Shown here piece after piece: positions 20,070 to 29,032 of a stretch of 55,495 nucleotides of DNA; position 1 is the first letter of the stretch; each line of letters opens with the position of its first letter. The notes beneath the pieces were generated by a model. The model was given only the letters and a program-made list of their open reading frames with translations, was not told where the DNA came from and made no database searches. This stretch comes from a virus (taxonomy: Duplodnaviria; Caudoviricetes). The position numbers were made by a program, and so were the translations under genes. Where the stretch lies: positions 1 to 55,495 of IMG/VR virus record IMGVR_UViG_3300021474_000001. The stretch is one strand, 5' to 3'.

Positions 20070-20105
20070 CTCAAGCTAAGTAAACTCCTCGCAAGGGATG
20101 TTCCT

Positions 20106-20143
20106 AACGGCCCCGCCAGAAATGGTGCGGGCCGTTTTCTTTT
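20106..20143 (+). terminator. Intrinsic terminator
   Basis: aacggccc...gggccgtt stem followed by ttctttt. Confidence 0.8.
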
Positions 20144-20149
20144 GCAGAG

Positions 20150-20458
20150 ATGGAATTACAGACGCAGAGTCCTTTCCCCGGCGAACCAAGCCACATCGTT
20201 GTAGCTCGGCAGTGCGGCATTCGCCGCTGCCGCACCACTACACCATGCGTCAATCACGATCAGGTGATCGTACGACTCATTGTGGACGGGCGCGAACTCC
20301 CCGAAATCAAATTATCGAAAGCGTCGTGGAAGGAAATGTCGAGTACGTTTCCCGAACCGCGCGAACTTTTCCACCTGCTTGCCGATATGGTGGTCAACGC
20401 GAGTCAGCCGCAAGGGGATCTCCCCAAGATGGCGGATGTCGCAGCAGCACTCTCATAA
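20150..20458 (+). CDS. Hypothetical protein
   Basis: ORF ends at the RBS of the next mini-gene. Confidence 0.5.
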   Translation: MELQTQSPFPGEPSHIVVARQCGIRRCRTTTPCVNHDQVIVRLIVDGRELPEIKLSKASWKEMSSTFPEPRELFHLLADMVVNASQPQGDLPKMADVAAALS

Positions 20459-20472
20459 GGAGGTATCTGGTA

Positions 20473-20532
20473 ATGAACGAAACACGTGGCCGAAAGATGG
20501 GCCGTAAGCACAAGCGCGGACACAAGCGCTGA
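20473..20532 (+). CDS. 19-aa highly basic peptide MNETRGRKMGRKHKRGHKR
   Basis: Perfect TAAGGAGGT RBS ~8 nt upstream; hairpins downstream. Confidence 0.65.
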   Translation: MNETRGRKMGRKHKRGHKR

Positions 20533-20626
20533 GGTGGAGCTGGGGAGCAACCCGGCTTCTAACGCCGGGGATCGCGGCGACGGTCCCCGGCTTCAAACTG
20601 AATCAACACCGAAGAGGTGATTTGTC

Positions 20627-20851
20627 ATGGCAAAAGGAAGTAACCGCTGGAATCAGGGCAAACCGAGTCTCGGCGATTCGTTCGACGACGGCTTTGTCAG
20701 TCCGTGGAACGCCGGTGCCCGTCGCGGACACGGCGACTACGAGGACATCTCGACCATTCCATTCGCCACTCCGCCAGACACGATGGCTGGGCAGATGGAT
20801 GGCGACCAGAATATGACCGCAGGCACGAAGGGCAAGCGCGGCAGAAAGTAA
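20627..20851 (+). CDS. Small head-module protein with basic tail (KGKRGRK)
   Basis: GAGGTG RBS. Confidence 0.65.
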   Translation: MAKGSNRWNQGKPSLGDSFDDGFVSPWNAGARRGHGDYEDISTIPFATPPDTMAGQMDGDQNMTAGTKGKRGRK

Positions 20852-21364
20852 ATGCCCTCGTCTCTTTCATCTAACCCGATGGCCTTCCTGCGCGGCGCGG
20901 GCGGCGCACCTTCTGCGCCTGGTCCGACCGCAATGGGCGGCGATCCGTCAGGCCCGAGTGCTGACGGCATCGGCGACCTCGCTTCGATTTTAGGCGGGGG
21001 CGGTGGGGATGACGGTGGAGGAGGCGGTCAGCAACCGCTCCCGCCTGAACTCATGAAGATGATGGCTGCGAAGGCGATGATGCCGCAGGTGCTCGCCCAG
21101 CAGCAGGCCGACTACTACAAAAAGTTCATGAACGTGTTGATCCAGCTTCTTGGCGAACTGCGGCGTGAGAAAGCGATTGGGCCTCACACATCGACGGATA
21201 TAGCACGGGCGCAAACATCCCTCAGCGCCGCAATCGCCAAGATCGATAAGGAAAAGCCCGAGGAGGCCGGCCCCGTCAATTCTCTGCTCTCGCAGGGATT
21301 GATGAACAAGCCGCAAATGGCATCAGGCGGAGCGCCGGGCGGCGTTCTGCCGGTACAGAGGTAA
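20852..21364 (+). CDS. Gly/Pro-rich head-module protein
   Basis: Contiguous in the head operon. Confidence 0.65.
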   Translation: MPSSLSSNPMAFLRGAGGAPSAPGPTAMGGDPSGPSADGIGDLASILGGGGGDDGGGGGQQPLPPELMKMMAAKAMMPQVLAQQQADYYKKFMNVLIQLLGELRREKAIGPHTSTDIARAQTSLSAAIAKIDKEKPEEAGPVNSLLSQGLMNKPQMASGGAPGGVLPVQR

Positions 21365-21370
21365 AGGACG

Positions 21371-22261
21371 ATGGCTATAGATTGGGACAAGATTGCAGAA
21401 AAACTCGCGGACGATTCGGCTTTCGACTTGGGGCTCGACGGCGAAGAACAGCCGGTGAAACTGACTGGCGCCGACCTCAAGGCATTCGTCAATCAGAACA
21501 AATCAGCGCTTCAAGCGCGACAGGCGGAAATCGCCGCGCGCGACGCCGAGCTTGGGCCGCTGCGCAAATATCAGCAGGACACAAGCGCGCTCTTCGGACA
21601 GGCGGCGCGGATTGCCTCGCAGCCCGATGAGCCTCGACAGCCGCAGCGCGCGACCGGCGCCGCCGGCAATCTCGCGCCCGCGGATCGCTTCGAGGAAGAG
21701 TACAGCAACGACCCTCTCTTTTCGCCGTTCGCCAAACGATACGACGAGCACACCGAGCGCCGCGTCCGCGACAATATCCTGAAGCCCTTCGTCGAACAGG
21801 AACTCGCACCCGAATTTCAGCAACTCAAGCAGACCAACAACGTCCTGACTCGGCTCCTGCTCGACGAGCGCCAGCGCCGGGAATTTCGCGAAGCGGGCGA
21901 GTGGCCGGAAGGGACCGATCTCGAAAAAGCGCGGCAGTACGGCACCGAGCGCCGCTATCTCGTCCCTGGCGCCGAGCAATTCGGACTGATCGATTTCAAG
22001 CGGGTGAACGACGACATGATGACGCCGATTCGCCACCAGAAAGCACTTGAAGCGGCACGGGCCGAAGGCGCGGAAGAAGCGGCGACGCGACTCCGTCAGA
22101 ACACGAACATCATCCAGATGCCGAATCGCGGCGGTGGCGGCGGAGCGAAAGGACCGTCGCGTCGCGTTGCGGGTTCGGCGGACTCAGTGATCGACGCGGC
22201 GCTCGGAGAAGCAGCACAGGATCGGGAGACGCTGAAATTGCTCAGCGCGCTCCCGAAGTAG
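21371..22261 (+). CDS. Probable capsid scaffolding protein
   Basis: Helical, charged; LDGEEQPVKL motif; lies before the capsid gene. Confidence 0.7.
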   Translation: MAIDWDKIAEKLADDSAFDLGLDGEEQPVKLTGADLKAFVNQNKSALQARQAEIAARDAELGPLRKYQQDTSALFGQAARIASQPDEPRQPQRATGAAGNLAPADRFEEEYSNDPLFSPFAKRYDEHTERRVRDNILKPFVEQELAPEFQQLKQTNNVLTRLLLDERQRREFREAGEWPEGTDLEKARQYGTERRYLVPGAEQFGLIDFKRVNDDMMTPIRHQKALEAARAEGAEEAATRLRQNTNIIQMPNRGGGGGAKGPSRRVAGSADSVIDAALGEAAQDRETLKLLSALPK

Positions 22262-22985
22262 GAGGCTTCCGGGAAATTCCGTGTATCGCAATCAACTCAT
22301 CGGCAAGACGCTTCAGTTCTTCGGCGCGTTGTGGAAGTCGCGAACGCCAGTCGCGCTCCGCCTGATACGAGGCGTTGATAAAAGCTCCGCGCAGAACGAG
22401 TTGAGCCTGATAACTCTTCTCCATAAGAAAGGGCAGCAAGAGTTGAAGGGCAGCGACAGCGTCGGCATTTCGACATCTCCAACACCAGTGCTCTTTCCCA
22501 TTCTTGATTTCTTTCAGGAAGACCTTCCCGACTTGGGTAATGTCGTGCGCTCTCCGGCAAGCAAATTCACTGTTCATTGCGACGACGAGGGTCGGCGTAT
22601 AACCGATCCAAGTTTTGCCGGTGGTGCTTCGCATCAGTTTTTGAGTCAGCCCAAGATAGCCTTCTCCATCGATAATTCCACCGAGCCAAGCCAGATCAAT
22701 AGCGCGGATGATGTCATAGGATTCGGCCAAAGCGGGCACAAATCTCTGCGGACGCTTCGCTTCCAAGTGCGCGATCCGGGCCTCTCGGAATCGAATCAGT
22801 TCAGCTTCGTCGATGACGTTCAGCCATTTCTTGAATGGCCCCATCCCGCCCCAACGGGTGCGCCGGGTGCCAAGGATTCGCAGTTCTTTTCGGGCGACGA
22901 GTTCGCCTTGAAAGATCAGGTCATTTATTCGCTGGCGGCTAAGCCCAAGCAGAGCCGCTACTTCATCAACGGTGTAACCATTCAT
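22242..22985 (-). CDS. Free-standing LAGLIDADG homing endonuclease with N-terminal excisionase-type HTH
   Basis: YTVDEVAALLGLSRQRI (HTH); LAWLGGIIDGEGYL; LLPFLMEK..QA; start at MNGY assumed. Confidence 0.85.
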   Translation of the reverse strand: MNGYTVDEVAALLGLSRQRINDLIFQGELVARKELRILGTRRTRWGGMGPFKKWLNVIDEAELIRFREARIAHLEAKRPQRFVPALAESYDIIRAIDLAWLGGIIDGEGYLGLTQKLMRSTTGKTWIGYTPTLVVAMNSEFACRRAHDITQVGKVFLKEIKNGKEHWCWRCRNADAVAALQLLLPFLMEKSYQAQLVLRGAFINASYQAERDWRSRLPQRAEELKRLADELIAIHGISRKPPTSGAR

Positions 22986-22992
22986 ACTGCGT

Positions 22993-23021
22993 ATCCTATA
23001 GTAGCGCAGGCTGAAAATCAA
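22993..23021 (-). promoter_or_regulatory. Antisense promoter for the LAGLIDADG gene (leaderless)
   Basis: TTGATT-17-TAGGAT-7-ATG. Confidence 0.55.
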
Positions 23022-23041
23022 GTGTCTAAGGAGATAATCTA

Positions 23042-24052
23042 ATGGGCGGGTTTGTCGGGTCGGGACTTTACCAACCGCCGGTCGTGGCTCAAGCGACCAT
23101 GGACAGCATCACGCAGCGATGGTTGCAGCCCGTTATCGGCGACGCCATCTTCATTCCATCGACCGCGCTTGGCGAAATGACGAGTATCGGCCGGCGGGTG
23201 GATGCGGCCGATCTGCCGTTCGCGGTAGCGGCGCGCACCATTCCCGGCGGCGGCGCTTTTTGGGGCACGCAGCCCATCTCGCTCGAAGTCCCCGATCCGG
23301 TTCAGCCGGCGGTGCAGAGTTGGAAGTACTACCGCCAGCCCCTCGCCGTGTCGCTGACCGACCTCTGGACCAACCAGGCGTCGAGTCCGACCGGAGTCCT
23401 CAACCTCATCCGCGCATACATGATCATGCTGTCGGGAACCTTCCTGACGATTCTGAGTAACGCGCTGTGGGGCGATACGACGCAGCCCTCCGGCCTCGCT
23501 ATCGACGACATCAATGCGTGGTTGAACAACACGACGAATACGATCGCTGGCATCAACCGCACCACGTCATCGAATGCGTTCTGGAAGCCGAACGCAGCGA
23601 TCGCAATGCCCGGCGGCGGAATGACGATGGCTGCGATGGTATCGGCGTACTGGTCGTATGCCGGAAACCTCGGCTTCGACTATCCGCAGGTGATGTTCAT
23701 GTCGCCGACCGGCTACGCGAACTTCATGAATCTGTTCGTGCAGCAAATCCGGTATCTGAACGAATTCCCCGACGACGACATGGTGCAGAGCACGTTCAAA
23801 CAGGGCGTGCGGTTCTTCACCACGAAGGTCGTTCCCGACCCGTACCTCGCGGCGGAGCAGGCGCAGACGGCGTTCATTATCAACTACAAGTATATCTATC
23901 CGGTGTTCTTCAGCAGGGTCTATTTTAGGTTTACGCCTTGGGTCCAGCCTAGCAATCAGTTATTGCTCTCTACGTTCCTTTTATTGGGCTGGAATGTTCA
24001 ATGCGTCTCTCCTTCCAAAGCGGGTCAAGTATTGACTGGTACGGGGCTTTAA
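23042..24052 (+). CDS. Major capsid protein
   Basis: 336 aa, TAAGGAG RBS, follows scaffold; ITQRWLQPVIGDAIF, WKYY, TIAGINRT...FWKP. Confidence 0.85.
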   Translation: MGGFVGSGLYQPPVVAQATMDSITQRWLQPVIGDAIFIPSTALGEMTSIGRRVDAADLPFAVAARTIPGGGAFWGTQPISLEVPDPVQPAVQSWKYYRQPLAVSLTDLWTNQASSPTGVLNLIRAYMIMLSGTFLTILSNALWGDTTQPSGLAIDDINAWLNNTTNTIAGINRTTSSNAFWKPNAAIAMPGGGMTMAAMVSAYWSYAGNLGFDYPQVMFMSPTGYANFMNLFVQQIRYLNEFPDDDMVQSTFKQGVRFFTTKVVPDPYLAAEQAQTAFIINYKYIYPVFFSRVYFRFTPWVQPSNQLLLSTFLLLGWNVQCVSPSKAGQVLTGTGL

Positions 24053-24088
24053 TTGACGCTATGAGAGCGTGCTAATCGGTTGTAACGG

Positions 24089-24616
24089 ATGGCGATTCCA
24101 GCTAAAATAACGCGCATGACAAAAATATGCGCAAAATGTGGGGTTGAAAAACCGATTACCGAATTCCGCGCCATTGAGGGCGGTCGCTATCGAGTGGGCG
24201 ATTGCGCGGACTGCGCGCGAGCGTACCAACGAAATTGGGCCAAAACTGAGAAAGGTCGAGCATCTATTAACAAGAAAGACCGAAATCGCTACGCGAAGAA
24301 CCCCGAGCGCGGGAAAAAGCACGCGAAGGATTACCGCGCTCGCAGATGGGAACGCATTCTGGATATTTATGGCAGGGCGTGCGCCTGCTGTGGCGAGACG
24401 GAGCAGGCGTTCCTCACAATCGACCATCTCAATAATGACGGCACGCAAGATCGGAAATTTCATGGCGGTAATGAAAACTTTCGGAATTGGCTTCAGCATC
24501 AGCCGAAGCTCGAACAGTACCAGACTCTCTGTTGGAACTGTCAGTGGGGACGAAGAATTAAGGGCATCTGCCCGCACCAAATCGGTAAACGAAGTTTCTC
24601 CATAGTGGGAACGTAA
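24089..24616 (+). CDS. HNH homing endonuclease
   Basis: KICAKCGVEKP..EF; YG..CACCGET...LTIDH.NNDG; YQTLCWNC...CPH. Confidence 0.88.
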   Translation: MAIPAKITRMTKICAKCGVEKPITEFRAIEGGRYRVGDCADCARAYQRNWAKTEKGRASINKKDRNRYAKNPERGKKHAKDYRARRWERILDIYGRACACCGETEQAFLTIDHLNNDGTQDRKFHGGNENFRNWLQHQPKLEQYQTLCWNCQWGRRIKGICPHQIGKRSFSIVGT

Positions 24617-24629
24617 GGAGAGAATTATC

Positions 24630-25157
24630 ATGGCGAACGCGCCTCTCAATCCGCCTTTGGGCACGAACAACCTGCTTGCGCTCGCGCTGGCTCAAATCCC
24701 CGATGTCACATACACGGACTCCGGCGAGCCGGTCGTCAGTACGCTCGCTACGAATAACAACTACATCGTCGCTACCGGCAACGCGACGGCGCTTTGCACG
24801 TTCCCTGTGAACGGCGCGGGTACGCAGCCGACCGTCACGCGAGGGGCGTATGCGCTGGAATTCACCGGACTCACGGGAACCAGCATCCAGCTTGGCCCCA
24901 TCGTGATCGAAGCGTGCGACTCGACGGCGACGAACGCGGGCAACCTCGAAGTCGTGGACGTGATCGGCACTTGGCCGGCCATTGTCCCCGGCACCATCGC
25001 GCGTCGGTGGGCTTCGTCATTGGCCGCGGGCAGCGACATTGTGACTTCGACTACCGCGACGCTGAAACTGGCGAACGTCGTTACGCTGCGCGCGGTCTGC
25101 ACGGTGGCCGGCACGATCAACGGCGTCATCAAGTTCGTCGCCGTAGGCGAGATGTAA
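24630..25157 (+). CDS. Probable capsid decoration/virion protein
   Basis: Beta-rich, strong RBS, follows capsid. Confidence 0.6.
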   Translation: MANAPLNPPLGTNNLLALALAQIPDVTYTDSGEPVVSTLATNNNYIVATGNATALCTFPVNGAGTQPTVTRGAYALEFTGLTGTSIQLGPIVIEACDSTATNAGNLEVVDVIGTWPAIVPGTIARRWASSLAAGSDIVTSTTATLKLANVVTLRAVCTVAGTINGVIKFVAVGEM

Positions 25158-25184
25158 CAGTTTGAGATGGAGGGATGAACGTCA

Positions 25185-26441
25185 GTGGCGATCAGGGTTG
25201 GCGACCCCATTGTCCGCATGAGAGCGGGTGGCCCCGATCCGTCTGGCGTTCTGCCGCCTCCGATTATCGCGACACTTAGCACCGCTGCGGGCGGCTCTCT
25301 CACCGGCACCGTTTACATCGTCACGACCTGGTTCACGCCGTGGGGCGAGACCGCGACCTCTCCTGAGCAGTTTCAGGTGATGGGCACGAACGGCACTCTT
25401 GTCATTCAGAACGTCGCGCCGGCCGGCGCCGTCAAGATGCGCGTCTATTTCGGCGTGTCGAGCGGCAACGAAGCGCAGTACCAGGAGAACGATTTCACGA
25501 TCACGAACGTTCTGCCGGGGCAGACCGCGACAGTGACGATTACAAGCCCCCTGACTTCGGGTGCGAGCCTCCCGCCGCGAAAGTCGAGTGCGTATCTCCC
25601 CGACAGCGACGGCGGTTTCGTCTCTTCAAGCATCGCGTTCTCATGGCTTAATCAGGCGCTCCGCAAGATGGTCGTGCAGCTTGGCGGCATCAGAGACATC
25701 TCGGGCGTGGCGTGGCCGTCGCAAGCGGCGTGGCAGGTTCTTCAAAACCGCTGGACCGAGATCGAAAACCTGTGGTGGAACGGCTGGTGGCAAGTTGTCG
25801 GGACTCAGGCGGGTGTCTGGCTGAACAGCCCGATCCAGTCGATTCCCGGCTACATGGCCGAATGGTCGAATGCCGGACAGGACATCATCGGACTGTGGCC
25901 GCAGCCGGGGCAGGGACCGGCGACTACCACGGTATCGAGCACAGTCGGATTGGCCGACACGACCATCAATGTCGTCAACGCGCAGACATTCACGATGCCG
26001 GGGCTGATTCAGATCGATCAGGAGATGATCCTGATTTCAGCGCCGAGCTCGAACAACCTGCAGTTCGTCGGTTGTCTCCGCGGCATTGGTGGGACGACGC
26101 CTGCGGTTCATGCGGCGGCCGCGCCCGTCGTTCAGTTGATCGCGATGTTCACCGGCTCGCGCCTCGCACCGGACTTCGCGCCGGGGATGAGTTACGCGCT
26201 GCTGCAACTTCCCGCAGGCTGGGACACGCCGCTCGACACATACATGCTCGCGCGGTTTCGCGAGAAGGAACAGGACGGCAAGTCGGCAACCAGTCTCGAT
26301 CAGAGTTTCGTCGCACAAGTGGAGAGTCTGCGGACGAGCAAGGATGCCGTGCCGAAGAACCGGCAGATCGGGGATGCGCGTGTTCAGGAAGCGTTCGCGG
26401 GCTATCGGTTGCAGTATCCGTTCGGAATCTTAATTCCGTAA
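25185..26441 (+). CDS. Probable head-tail adaptor (tail tubular protein A-like) with inserted beta domains
   Basis: WLNQA, IGLWPQP, LPAGWDTPL..YMLARFREKEQD pattern. Confidence 0.6.
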   Translation: MAIRVGDPIVRMRAGGPDPSGVLPPPIIATLSTAAGGSLTGTVYIVTTWFTPWGETATSPEQFQVMGTNGTLVIQNVAPAGAVKMRVYFGVSSGNEAQYQENDFTITNVLPGQTATVTITSPLTSGASLPPRKSSAYLPDSDGGFVSSSIAFSWLNQALRKMVVQLGGIRDISGVAWPSQAAWQVLQNRWTEIENLWWNGWWQVVGTQAGVWLNSPIQSIPGYMAEWSNAGQDIIGLWPQPGQGPATTTVSSTVGLADTTINVVNAQTFTMPGLIQIDQEMILISAPSSNNLQFVGCLRGIGGTTPAVHAAAAPVVQLIAMFTGSRLAPDFAPGMSYALLQLPAGWDTPLDTYMLARFREKEQDGKSATSLDQSFVAQVESLRTSKDAVPKNRQIGDARVQEAFAGYRLQYPFGILIP

Positions 26442-26460
26442 CTAAGGAAGGAGTTCTTTC

Positions 26461-26784
26461 ATGGCCGTAGCAACATTGGGAATCACGTCAACCTTTACGG
26501 TCACGACCAACGCTGTCGGCGTTGCCGTCTGCGCGACCAATACGCTCCGCCGCGGCGTGAGAATCGAGAACACCAGCGCCACGGCGACGATGTATTTCGC
26601 GTTCGGCACGAACAACACGCCGGGAACGATCGCGCACGTCTTGGCGACTTCATCGGCGGTTACGTTTGGCCCGAATAACCCGATCGTGTCGGGACAGGTA
26701 TCGCTTGCGGCGAACGTGCCTCCGGGCGACATATCGCTGACCGCGCTCACGACCACAGGAATCGCCGTTGTCACCGAGTGGTAA
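26461..26784 (+). CDS. Small virion protein
   Basis: RRGVRIENTS; beta-rich. Confidence 0.6.
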   Translation: MAVATLGITSTFTVTTNAVGVAVCATNTLRRGVRIENTSATATMYFAFGTNNTPGTIAHVLATSSAVTFGPNNPIVSGQVSLAANVPPGDISLTALTTTGIAVVTEW

Positions 26785-27732
26785 ATGGCGTTTTGGGGCA
26801 CATCAGATCCCACAGGACTCAGCGGAGATGCGGAACCGGATAACGGGACGGGATCAAACACGCTGCAAATTCCGCAGGCATCACCGGCCTATCCGGTCGC
26901 GGGAGCACCTGACCTAAGCAGCATACCCGGCCTCGGTGATATTCTTGGCTCCGTCAGTCCCGGTGCCTTCGATCCGAGTACGCTTGGCGCGGGCGGCGGA
27001 AGCTCTAGCGATCTCCTCTCACTGCTGTCGTTGCTCGGTGGCAGTACAGGCGGCGGGACGGGGAACATCGGCTCGCTACTCGGCGGCGGGAGCACGGCGG
27101 GCAACCTCATCGCACAACTGCTCGGGCCTCTATTCGGCATCAATCAGGGTGGCTCATCGGCGGAAGGGGGCGCGATCGGTGGCGCGGCGGGTGGCGCGCT
27201 CGGATCGTTGCTGGGACCGGGCGGCACGCTGGCGGGAAGCGCCATTGGCGATTTGCTCGGGAACCTACTCGGCGGCGCGATTGGCGGTGGCGTTCCGTCG
27301 TCGGCGAAGCCGGAAGCGCTTGCAGGCTCATTGAAAGCGTCGGGCAACCCCCTTGAAGAACTGCTCGGCAAGTACATTCAGACGCAGGGCGTCAACAAGG
27401 GCTATGACCTGTCGGGCGGCCCGAATACGCCGTTCAACCCACGCCGCTTCGGTGACGTGATTGAACTTCTATCAGGGCAATCTCTGCCCAACCAGGTCGG
27501 CGGGAATGTCGGCTTTCAAAACCCTGTCAGGTTAAGCGGGTGGAAGCAGGGCGGTGCGATCAACAGTATGCTGCCGAACGCGAACATCCTGAATATGAAT
27601 CAGTTGAGTCAGATCTTCCCCGAAATCTCGAAACTCGTGAATGAGGATAAGAGCAAGAAGGGCGGCTTGATGGGGTTGCTCCAGCAGGAGAACTCGCTGG
27701 CGGGAAAATTGAAAGCGGCCGAGAGTTATTAA
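26785..27732 (+). CDS. Probable ejection (internal virion) protein
   Basis: Glycine-zipper-like hydrophobic segments. Confidence 0.55.
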   Translation: MAFWGTSDPTGLSGDAEPDNGTGSNTLQIPQASPAYPVAGAPDLSSIPGLGDILGSVSPGAFDPSTLGAGGGSSSDLLSLLSLLGGSTGGGTGNIGSLLGGGSTAGNLIAQLLGPLFGINQGGSSAEGGAIGGAAGGALGSLLGPGGTLAGSAIGDLLGNLLGGAIGGGVPSSAKPEALAGSLKASGNPLEELLGKYIQTQGVNKGYDLSGGPNTPFNPRRFGDVIELLSGQSLPNQVGGNVGFQNPVRLSGWKQGGAINSMLPNANILNMNQLSQIFPEISKLVNEDKSKKGGLMGLLQQENSLAGKLKAAESY

Positions 27733-28278
27733 ATGAATCCGCAGACGCTCTACATTTTTCAGATTCTCGTCAACTCCGGCGTGCCGCCACAGCAGGCGTG
27801 GACGCAGGCGCAACAGATGGCGCAGCAAGCCGCGGGGCCAGCGGGCGGCGCGCCGGGCGGTTCGGGACTCATCGGCCAACTCATGACGCTGCTTGGCGCG
27901 GGCGCGGCGACGGGAATCGAAGGCAACGTATTCGGCCAACAAGAGCAAGCGGCTCAAACCGGACTCAATCCAAGCGCGATCGGCAAGGGCATCAACCAAC
28001 TCACGAAGAAACTCAGCCCGACTCTCATCAACGCCATCACGCGCGACACGGCGCCGAGCATTGTTGGCCGCGGCTTGGCGACCTCGCCCGGCATGTCGCA
28101 GGAAATCACGGCGGAAGCGCTCGCGCCGTACCAACTTCAGGAACAGCAGCTTGGACAGCAGGCGTTCGTTGAAGGGCAGAATATGCCGTTCAAGGTCGGC
28201 AGCGGTGCGGCGGGAGGTTATCCATCAGACGTAGCCGGTTTGGGCTATCTCATGAGCATCATCGGGAGCCAAGCGTAA
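27733..28278 (+). CDS. Probable ejection protein
   Basis: Gln/Gly/Ala-rich; RGL..S.G motif. Confidence 0.55.
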   Translation: MNPQTLYIFQILVNSGVPPQQAWTQAQQMAQQAAGPAGGAPGGSGLIGQLMTLLGAGAATGIEGNVFGQQEQAAQTGLNPSAIGKGINQLTKKLSPTLINAITRDTAPSIVGRGLATSPGMSQEITAEALAPYQLQEQQLGQQAFVEGQNMPFKVGSGAAGGYPSDVAGLGYLMSIIGSQA

Positions 28279-28279
28279 A

Positions 28280-29032
28280 ATGCCGGGTGCTCTCGACGGA
28301 ATAATCGCTGACATTCGCAATCAGCGGGCGATGCAACAGCGGCAAGCGAACATTCAACAGTCGCAGAATCAGCGGATGCTAGACGAACTGATGCGGAATA
28401 CCGCCACGCAGAACGCGATGAAGCAGCGGCAGGACGCACAGCAGCAGGCGGAGCAAGCGCGCCAGAAAGCATCGCAGGACACACGCAACCAGCAGGCATT
28501 CTTTCGCCCTGAAGTAGCGCGCGCCCTCGCGAAGCATTCAGGTGCGACCATTGACGATCTGCGCAAGAACCCGACGTGGCTCGTGGATGCCGCCAAGGAG
28601 GTCGAAGCCGAGAAAACTACTGACGCGATTCACAGGGCGGGCGGTGAAACCAGCGCCAGAAAGTCAGCCGAAGGCGTGACGCCGATCCCCGCTGGCGACG
28701 TGACCGACGTTGGGGGCAAAAAGGGTTACTGGGCGCGGGACAAGACCGGGACGCCGCGATTTATCGAGATGCCCGGTGCTACCCCGAAGGCTGCGAAGCG
28801 ATCCCTGACGGGCGGGCTTGTGGAAGTTGCTCGCGCTCGAACTCTCGCGGCGAAGGAAGCCGCGGACCTCTGGACGAAAGAACCGTATAGCATCCACAAC
28901 ATGCTGCCGGGAGCAAAAGAGAAATTCATCGCGGACCATACCACGATCATCATGCGCGCGAATCTGCTCAAACAGGGACTCGACATGAACGGCCATCCGC
29001 TTAAACCGGGAGCGACGATCACGGTTCCCTGA
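28280..29032 (+). CDS. Probable ejection protein
   Basis: Gln-rich coiled coil. Confidence 0.55.
   Translation: MPGALDGIIADIRNQRAMQQRQANIQQSQNQRMLDELMRNTATQNAMKQRQDAQQQAEQARQKASQDTRNQQAFFRPEVARALAKHSGATIDDLRKNPTWLVDAAKEVEAEKTTDAIHRAGGETSARKSAEGVTPIPAGDVTDVGGKKGYWARDKTGTPRFIEMPGATPKAAKRSLTGGLVEVARARTLAAKEAADLWTKEPYSIHNMLPGAKEKFIADHTTIIMRANLLKQGLDMNGHPLKPGATITVP

Noticed and set aside
22281-23042. 253-aa plus-strand ORF covering the LAGLIDADG gene and ending in TAATG at the capsid start
   Set aside because: It is in exact codon register with the antisense gene, where stops need rare TTA/CTA/TCA codons, and it shows no motifs. Probably a shadow ORF, although an anti-polarity role cannot be excluded
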